Position numbers and translations under genes: made by a program. Positions 1-9,900 of a stretch of DNA of 64,000 nucleotides are shown one piece after another. Each line of letters starts with the position of its first letter. Within the stretch, counting starts at the first letter, position 1. Location of the stretch: assembly GCA_964016885.1 (NCBI GenBank), contig OZ024756.1:41850001-41914000 (forward strand), in the 5' to 3' direction. The DNA is from Eledone cirrhosa. Lineage: Eukaryota. The notes under the pieces were generated by a model. It saw only the letters and a program-made list of their open reading frames with translations, was not told the origin of the DNA and did not search any database.

Positions 1-315
1 AAAATAAAGTACCAGTAATGTACTGAGTAATTGCTGACCTTGTGCCTAAAATAGAAACAATTAATTGTATTACTGTATGGGCTCATAACTTCTGGTAGAG
101 TCGTAGGACACCGAATTCGGTAGTTTTTAAATCCGGCGGAGCTATTCCCTTCTCCAGGTCTAAACACAGCCGATTTCTCCTAGGGAAAGAAAGAGTACTG
201 GACTTTTTTATCGACCCGGAACGGATTAAAATAAAGTTGACCTTGGCAGTATTTAAACTGAGAGCTTAGAGAGCCGTAAAGAATACTGCAAAGCATTCTA
301 TCTGACGTTCTAACG

Positions 316-480
316 CAAGCATGGGCAACCTTTTTCAAGCAATGGACCGCAGAGCTTGTGGCTCATCATAAGGCGGACTGCACTACCAAAATATTCAAGG
401 CAATTTTGAAATTAGGCGTCCCACTTCAGAAAGCCAAACGGGCCGCATGCGGCTCGCGGGCTGCAGTTTGCCCATGACTA
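316..480. mobile_element. hAT/Charlie-type MITE inserted in a SINE
   Basis: TIRs caagcatgggcaa / ttgcccatgacta; 8-bp TSD ttctaacg (308-315) / ttctaatg (481-488). Confidence 0.75.
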
Positions 481-879
481 TTCTAATGTCTCTGTCAATT
501 CGCTGCCTTCCATATATAAATACATATAACGAGGCATTCGAATAATGTTTTCTAATTTAGGCGTAGGGCCAGCAAATTTGTAGGGATGGGAAAGTTGACG
601 AAATTGACCTCATTAGTTAACTGGTAATTTAATTTATTGACCTCGGGAAGATGAAAAGAAAAGATGACATCGGCGATATTTGTACTCAGAGTGAAAAGAA
701 TCCGTAAATGTAAATACTGAGAAGCGTTTTGTCCTATGCTCCAACTATTCTGTCGATCTACCATCTTTACTAATAACCAAATACGTAACTGTGTCTTAAA
801 CAATCAAGATAAATAGTTATACAATTTAATAGTTATACAATTTCTGCTACTCCGCAGTTTCGTAGTCCTCAGCTTGTCA

Positions 880-937
880 ATGGCGGTGTTGTTAATTCGT
901 TCTCTCCGAACTGGATTTTCTTTAAGAATTATTTTAG
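880..937 (+). CDS. COQ9: COQ9 exon 1 (MAVLLIRSLRTGFSLRIIL-G), putative mitochondrial targeting peptide; candidate first exon shared with GLMN
   Basis: ATG at 880 in context TCAATGG; donor AG|GTAGGT at 937/938; phase 1 matches the exon 2 acceptor at 7994. Confidence 0.78.
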
Positions 938-3900
938 GTAGGTTAAATATCTTTTAATTAATAATTAATTAACTAATCATCCTTGCTTTTAGAAAAAATA
1001 CTTATAAAAATATTTTCGCATTTAATATCTGTAGAAGCCGTAAAAACTCTCAGTATTGCTTCAAGGTCTTGTGTGTTTCTTGTGGTTGTCAGAAATATTT
1101 CACTAACATTTACCGGCTATCTCACATATCTAGATATTTAGTAATCGAATCATTGCTGTTTTATTTCTTAAGTTATTTTTTCTAACTGCTGTACTTATGA
1201 CGTGACGAAAATAACCTAACTGTAACCGTACTAAATTGCTGTAGTTATATAATTAAAGAGCATTTTTAATCTTCAAGGTTTCCCTGTTTACACACATGCA
1301 TACATGTATTATATATATATGTGTATGTAAAAGGTAAACAGAAATAACAACACAATCAGTACAGTATATGGAAGGGATATATTAGGTTAACGCTTGATAT
1401 AGCCGGAAGAGGGTCTGTTTTCATTTACAGAATACTTTCAATTTGTGTCTCGAAGCTATACAGTACTAATATAAGGTGGGGGAAAAGGGGGTGTAAGATC
1501 CACACGCCACAAGGGCGCTGGAGTTTCCCCTTTAATAATATTTTAGACAAGACAGACTCACAACATTGCTGCAGGTGATAGCGAGGCTGCGACACTGGAA
1601 TAACTAAGCACCACTCGCGGACATCACCTGTTACCTTGGTAAGATGAGTCACCAACAAGGACAACTTAATAGCTAGCGACCCGGCTCTCCCCAAACGACT
1701 CTAACGCCACAAGCTGGACAAAATTATATATATATATATATATATATTAAAATAACAGATTAAAGTTTAAGCAAAGAATCGCTGCTTTCACCCTTAACGG
1801 GATCTTCTAGGGTTCTTATATATTTATCCTTATCGAACCCTCTTTTGATTTTACTCTTCACATTTATTATTATTACTATATATATAAATATAAAATAACT
1901 CTACGTATAATGTACGTGTATGCTGAACACTTATTTTTACCTGGATTTAAGATTATTTTTATTTACTTTTAAAATATATTATTTTAAAAAATCAACAATT
2001 TGCAAGGAGAAAGTTAAGAAAGGGAAAAAAGAAAGCAACAAACAGAATACAATAAAGTGTAGAAGGAAGAGCACTGTGTTAGACCTTTTCTTAGTCTCGT
2101 AGACCAAGGGTTTAAAACATAACTAAATGAATTATCGATGTCTCTATCTTTTCCAGCGTCCCTTGGAAGTATTAATGGTAAATTTACAGAACATCTCTCC
2201 CCCGTTCGGTGGGAATTTTTTCCTGTTTTTTTTTTTATTTTTCCCTCCTGTTTTCAACGAATCTGACCTCTAAATACGTTAGAATCGACTCTCTTATTTT
2301 ATTATTATTTTTATTTATTATTTTTTAGAAAACGGAGATTGGTCGACTCTCAGTTTTGCAAAAAAAAAAATGTATTTAATTCTCACCAAACGAGAAAAAA
2401 GTGTGGTTCTGTAAATTTCACATTAATAATTTTATTTTCTCTTCACAAACGAAAGTATTCAATAATGAAAGTAAAGTAAATATATGACACCATATTGCTA
2501 GTTAGATACGATAAATCTCGGTCAGAATTATATTCGCTGAAATGGACTCTAGTTTTTCATTGGTACTTTATTTTATCAACCTCAAGTCTGAAGATTCATT
2601 AAACCAGTGCTTATCCTGGTTCACTTTAGCATTAAGCAACTAAGATATGTAACTCATCCCTAGACAGGATGCCAGACAATCACAGAGTTACCCCCCCCCC
2701 CCTTCCTCCAGTTATTACTGGTATTCATTTTATGTTGAGTATACTGTAGCAATGTAAAATGAAGTGGTTTGGCTCAAGAACACAACACAGCTTGGTACAA
2801 GAATCAAACCAATTTAATAACATTTTCTTTTTCTTTTCTTTTTTTAATGTAATTCTTTTAATTTATTTCTCCAGGACTATTCCATCTCTAGAACTGTTTC
2901 TATATGTTATGACACTGACTTGATTAGCCTGCTTCAATGGATGTGCAGTGTTGATGTGTGTAGACGAGAAAGTATGGATGTGCAGTGTTAATGTGTGTAG
3001 ACGAGAAAGTATGGATGAACTGGGAGAAAAACTGGGTATCAGAGGAATCAGAGGTAGTGTGCAAGAAAGGAGACTGTGCTTGTATGGACATGTGGTGTGC
3101 ATGGATGATGATCTTTGGGTGAAAAAGTGGCAGGAAATCCCAGTGGAAGGAAGCCAGAGTAGAGGAAGACCTGGGTGGGGGTGGTGAGAACTGATCTAAG
3201 ATTACTGAAGCTCATAGAGGAGATGGTTTGTTAAAAAGGAATTGTCTAACCCATGCAAGCATGGAAAAGCAGACATAAACTTGATGTTAAGCAACTAACA
3301 TAAAAGCTCCTTCATATGCCCATATTTCGTGTTATGTGGTCCATATTGTGCTGTTCCCTCAGTAAAACTTTATTAGTTAGCATCCATGTTCAGTTGAGTA
3401 AATGTTTTATTAATTAGATGTGAATTGGAAAAAAGTCATGTTGGATCCATTGTTTCTTTTGTAATACATATTTCTACTTATCAACAATTTAAGGATGAAA
3501 TTTGTTAATTATGTAATGAAATATTGATTTTAAGGGGTGAAACACTTGCTTGGGTGGGGTCACTGAAGACTTTCTACTATATTACATATCCAATTTATTC
3601 TATGTATTACATATTCAAACATAATGGATCCAGTTTGATGCTTTCCTTTTGTATTTCAGATATTCACTAAAGCTGTCCAGTTGGTACCAACATTGTGAAT
3701 TGTTTTCTCTCAAGATGGATTCCTCACATGAAACTCCTGTCAAAATAGATTGTCTTAGTTCATTATATGACCAAATTAAAGAATGCCTCTCTTATTGCGA
3801 TGCCAAGGGACTTGCTACTTATGTGCTAGATGAAGATCTTTCAGAACAGGCTTTATTTTTTGACTTAACAAGTGATATTGTTCATTGTCTGACACAGAAA

Positions 3901-6900
3901 AACCTTGAACAGAATCCTGAATTCTTTAAAACATGTGAAAATTGTCTCGCTCATTTCATTAAGAAAGGCAAACCACGTGTCTTATTACTTGCAATCTTAG
4001 AGAACTGGGGAGATCTCAAAGATGACACACAGTTCAAATCGGTCCTTCAACCCATTTGTGACTGCCTCTTAAAATTTCCAAAACCTTGTATGTCCTCTTT
4101 AGAAAACAGTTTACAAGCAATATATCGGTATATCTCTTCCCTGGAACTTCCTGACAATAATGCATTAGAAGAAGAGGAAAAGAAGTTGTTTGAAAATGAT
4201 CTTGTTGTTCGGAGACTTACAGATGTTGTCCTTGCAACTCTTGATTTCACGAAACCTTTTGTTGAAGCCGTTTCTATAAAGAACAGAAATAACCAGCAGG
4301 CATATCAACCATTACAGGCAAACCTTCTCAATTGGTATCTGTTGGCATTACTTAATAAACCTCTACTTTTTCTCCATTTAGCTTCCCCAGCTAATGAGAA
4401 GTCAGCTAAATCAGAAAGTTACTTATGTGCTGAAAAACTCTTTTCCCAACTAGCGTGTCTTCATCACGATTTTCTCCAGATTGCCGAAGACTCTCTTTTT
4501 TACAATCGCACCTTAAAATTAAATAAAGGAAAATTAGATAAAGGAAAACTGAGAGATAAAGATGATGATGATGATGATACAAAAACTGAGGAACTTGAGA
4601 AAGGTTTAACTGAGGATGGAAACACAAAAGAAGTTGGTGAGGAAGAAGATTCCAAAGCTCCAATTCCAGAATTATCCATAAGCTGTTTACTGTATTTAGT
4701 TTTCTCAGAAAATCTAAATATTGACAGTATACGCTGTGTCTATTCTCCAAGATATATATTTGAATATAATATACCATTTATTCTTCAGCTTCTTGAGTCT
4801 TCTCAGTCTCTTGTCTTGTATAAAGGTTTGCATTTAACCAACAGCTTTTTGCAAAAAATTGAATCTTATACACTGCTACCAGTATTTTTTGAAAATGATT
4901 GTTACCTCCAACTGCTGACCAGTTTAACCAAAGTGATGTTGCACTGTTCCCTCCAAACTTTCCGTAAACTCTCTGTCAATATTTTCACAGATGTTATTCG
5001 CCTGTTTCAGTCAGCAGGTCGTTATCGAGCCTACAATTCTTTGTTAGCAAGTTGTGAAAATCCTGGTGTTCTCGGTTATTGTATCCAGTTAATTAAAGAT
5101 GAGGTCGATGTCTGTTTAAAGGAAGATCCGATACAGGATCACACTTTCCTTGGTGAGAACTTACTGAAGCTGCTTCGAGTTATTATTCACCTACCAGAAG
5201 CTGAAACAACAGATATACTCCAACATTCCGATCAAATCTTTTCCTCAATGAACTTCATACGCTATCTTATATTGAGAGATCCCCGTTCTAAAAATATCTC
5301 TGGGTTTTGGAGTTTGGAGAATAAATTAAGGACACAATTCCTTTCCCCTCTTCAGATGGCTTTAGATATGTCTAGAGCTCACTATAAACTTGAATTAAAT
5401 AATGTCCTGCATGGAGAAGATTTAAAGAAGGATAAACCAGAGATGACAGTGAACGTTGGGAACCAGGTGTTACCTAACCTTCCACCTGATCAGTTAGTTC
5501 AAGTATTCAACAATGCTTTGAATACATTTGATATGATGGGTTGTGTGTTGTGTCGTATTAATGAACTTCTAGATCAACAAACCTCTGCTACTGCCATAAC
5601 ATCAAACAGTTGACAAGCTAGATCAAACCAATCTCCACAGTCATAACATCTGTTACCTTAAACAGTTGACAAGCTAGATTAAACCAATCTCCACAGTCAT
5701 AACATCTGTTACCTTAAACAGTTAAGCTAGATTAAACCAACCTCCATCACAATCATAACATCTGTTACCTTAAACAGTTGACAAGCTAGATTAAACCAAC
5801 TTCCACCACAGTCTGGACATCTGTTAAGTGAAATAGTTGACAATTTAAAATGAACACAACAAAATATTCTTCCATTATCTGCTTCAAAATATTGAAAATA
5901 AAATTTCTATTTAACCAAAAGTCATTTGTTTTTCTTTTCTAATTTGTTTCCAATCACTACTAATCATAATATTTCTTGATATCATCATCATCACCGTTTG
6001 ATGTCTATTTTTCATGCTTGAATGAGTTAGGTGGGTTGTCATGTTTTGAGGATTGACTACCCAGGTGACCATGTCTTGCTTATATGTCCCATTTTGGGGT
6101 TGGTTTCTACAGCTGGTGACACTGCATATGTTTATCCTCATGTCTTAGAGGTTCAATATGTAATGACCAGTACCTTACATATAAAAACAAGTGTTAGTGT
6201 CAGGAGGGGCCTCTGGGCTCTACAATACTACCTCAGAAAGTTTCATCTGACCCATGCTGCTTGGAAAAGCAGGCATAAAATTAAATATGGTGATGATGAT
6301 ATTCCTACAACTTTGAGCATTATTTTTGGTGCTAATTATGATAGGGCATGAATGAAAAGCTGGGTGTAAGAAGAATCAGATGTGTACAGGAAACTACAGT
6401 AGAGGATGACCAGGGCAGAGTGAAAAACTGGGTATAGTATGATAGGAATCAGATGTAGTTTGTAGGAGAGAAGACTGCACTGGTATGGACATGTAGTGTG
6501 TAGGAGAGAAGACTGCACTGGTATGGACATGTAGTTTGTAGGAGAGAAGACTGCACTGGTATGGACATGTAGTGTGTAGGAGAGAAGACTGCACTGGTAT
6601 GGACATGTGATGTGTAGGAGAGAAGACTGCACTGGTATGGACATGTGATGTGTAGGAGAGAAGACTGCACTGGTATGGACATGTGATGTGTAGGAGAGAA
6701 GACTGCACTGGTATGGACATGTAGTTTGTAGGAGAGAAGACTGCACTGGTATGGACATGTAGTTTGTAGGAGAGAAGACTGCACTGGTATGGACATGTAG
6801 TGTGTAGGAGAGAAGACTGCACTGGTATGGACATGTGATGTGTGGATGATGATTGATGGGTGGAGAAGTGCCAAGGAATCCCCATGAAAGGAAGCTGCAG

Positions 6901-9900
6901 TAGAGGAGGACCCCGGCAGAGGTTATGAAAGCTGATCCCAAATCATTAAAGGCTCATTGTGGAGGTGATGAGTAGAGAGATGCTGTCCTGAAAACGACAC
7001 ATCCAACCCATGCAAGCATAGAAAAGCAATCATAAAATGATTATTATGATGGAGAAATTGCACATGTTTTTGTACATGAATTTATCGATTTTCGTATTTC
7101 ATTATATTAAAAAGGTAAAAGTAAAAGGGCCCTTAACTGCTGGTAGTCTTAGGGACACCGTCCTGAAATGTGGCACATCTTGAACATTTTAAAATCTGTT
7201 TAATGATGAAAGCATTAAAATATGCTGATAGCAATATCTGAAAACTAAATTTTTCAGTGAGTAACCAATCACCTCAGCTTTCTCAGCCACTGTGACTTTT
7301 AGGATGGTATTTTACTACCCAGCCTTAACTCTTAAAGTCCTACACCACATGAAGCTTCATTAGCAAGACATTTTTAAAATGTAACAAAAAAAAACAAAAA
7401 ACAGCACAATAGCTGCATCACATTAAATATTAAAGTCTTTATTCTAGATCTACACATTTCCACAGAAATCTGTACAGTAATAAAGATATTATAAACATTT
7501 GAATTAAACCCCCTACTTTGCATTTTTAAAGATATTATCTGTTAAATCATTACAAGATGTTAAAAGTTTTAAACTAAAAAAAATACCTACCAAACTATAA
7601 ACAAGATATTTCAGTACATGGAAACTACAAAAATATTCAATGACAGAAACAAACATTACCAGTCTGAGAGGAGATCTTGAAACTGGTGGTTATAAAACTA
7701 CCAATATTAGAGATACAATATACTGTTAAAGATCTACCAATACCTGGAGGCCATGATAATAGTCAACAACAGAAACATTTAACTGTTTTGTATCTGTCCT
7801 TGTTTTTCTTATTTTTACTTCTTTTACCTTCATTTTCCCTTTTCTTTCTCTTGTTTTTTTAATTTTTTTTATTGTAAATGGATGTTAGATATTTCTCCTA
7901 ATCCATCATGGCTGACTAACTCTAAACGGACATACAAATTAATGAAATATATACAGTAAATAAATAGATAAGTAGGATCTTGTTTTATTGCAGGTCGATC
8001 TCCAGGAGGATTAGTTAAATGCCAAGGTACAAGGGCTCTTAGTACAGATGATGAACACACAAAGGAGCAAGCTGCAGCCCCTAATGCGTAAGTACCAAAA
8101 CCTCTTCTCTTGCTTGTATGTGTGTGTATGCCTATGTATCTGAAATGGTAGTGCTGGTGCCACAAAAATGCTCCCAGTCTATGCTGTAAAGTGGTTGGCA
8201 CCAGTGACATCGCAACTCATTTCTATAGCTGAGTAAACTGGAGCATCTTGAAATAAAGTGTCTTGCTCAACACCCTAACAACACAAAACATGACAAATCT
8301 TATCCTTAAGCCTTTAGCATTTAAACCAGACATATAGGGCCAGAATTCTCTCACCTCTTTCTGTTCAAACCGGCCATAACTGGCCACTCATACTGACGTT
8401 AAGATATTGTTCTCAAAATAAATAACATCAAAATCTCATAAATTCAATATTATATGAGGTAAACCCTTCACTGTGAAAATACAATAGTAAATATAGAGTA
8501 ATGTAAATGTTAAAGGGTTAAAACAAAATGATTGTTTTGTCTATCATTTGCAGTCCTGTGTCAAATGACAGCCACGACAATGGAAACCAATCTGATGAAG
8601 ACATTAAACAGAAAATATTAGCAGCATCACTGCAGTTTGTCCCAGTGCATGGATTTTCAAAAAAAGCTCTTATAGAAGGTAAAATTCTTTCTTTTTATAT
8701 TTCAGTGTTTAGAATTTTCCAGAAAGTCATATTAGTAACTAAGTAATTTAATTGTAAGTAGCAAATTGGCAAAATTGTTAGGACATCGGATAAAATCCTT
8801 TGTGATATTTGTTTCTGTTATGTTCCCTAAATACTCCGTTGTATTTCAAAGTGCTGAAATTGTGGGATATCCAGGTGTTAGCCCTGTTATGTTTCCTAAA
8901 TACTCCCTGTTGTATTTCATGGTGCTGAAGTTGTGGGTTAGCCCTGTTATGTTTCCTAAATACTCCCTGTTGTATTTCATGGTGCTGAAGTTGTGGGTTA
9001 GCCCTGTTATGTTTCCTAAATACTCCCTGTTGTATTTCATGGTGCTGAAGTTGTGGGTTAGCCCTGTTATGTTTCCTAAATACTCCCTGTTGTATTTCAT
9101 GGTGCTGAAGTTGTGGGTTAGCCCTGTTATGTTTCCTAAATACTCCCTGTTGTATTTCATGGTGCTGAAGTTGTGGGTTAGCCCTGTTATGTTTCCTAAA
9201 TACTCCCTGTTGTATTTCATGGTGCTGAAGTTGTGGGTTAGCCCTGTTATGTTTCCTAAATACTCCCTGTTGTATTTCATGGTGCTAAAGTTGTGGGTTA
9301 GCCCTGTTATGTTCCCTAAATACTCCCTGTTGTATTTCAAGGTGCTGAAGTTGTGGGATATCCAGGAGTTAGCCATGGTATGTTCCCTAAAGGAGGTGCT
9401 GACCTTGTGAATTATTTCTACCAAGACTGCAACAAGAAACTGGCTGAAAACCTAGAAAAGAAATGTCAAGATATGGATGAAAGGTAACAACTATCATTTC
9501 ACCTTTTTTAGATCTTCATTAAACCCCTTCATTATATTTAACACCTGGGGTGCCACTAAACTGGAGATAATGCCTGATACACTACTACAGCTTTTGTAAA
9601 ACAGTATTACAGCCAGATGCCCTTCCTGACACCAACCCTTTTAGTAGCCTTTTACACAAGGATACTGTCTACCTAGTCTTAAAATGGGGCTACATGTGAT
9701 TTTGTGGTAACAGAGATAAAACAGTGATGACCACATGGCCACTTATACACCTCATTTCTTCATTTATTGTTAACCATTCATCATCTAAAGTCTGTCTCAA
9801 GCCCAGAATCTCCTCAGGCCGGTACTTATCCCAGTTTCTGTGGCATGAAGCAACTGAGAGTACAAGACTCCCACTGGACAGGACACCAGTCCACCACAGA

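Noticed and set aside
3649-3714. ORF-track start of the 654-aa ORF at TTG 3649
   Set aside because: It lies in the polypyrimidine tract of a splice acceptor; the eukaryotic start is ATG 3715 (or a spliced upstream exon).
8766-9424. 214-aa and 192-aa repetitive ORFs
   Set aside because: Artefacts of the 60-bp array; the true exon 4 is in a different frame.
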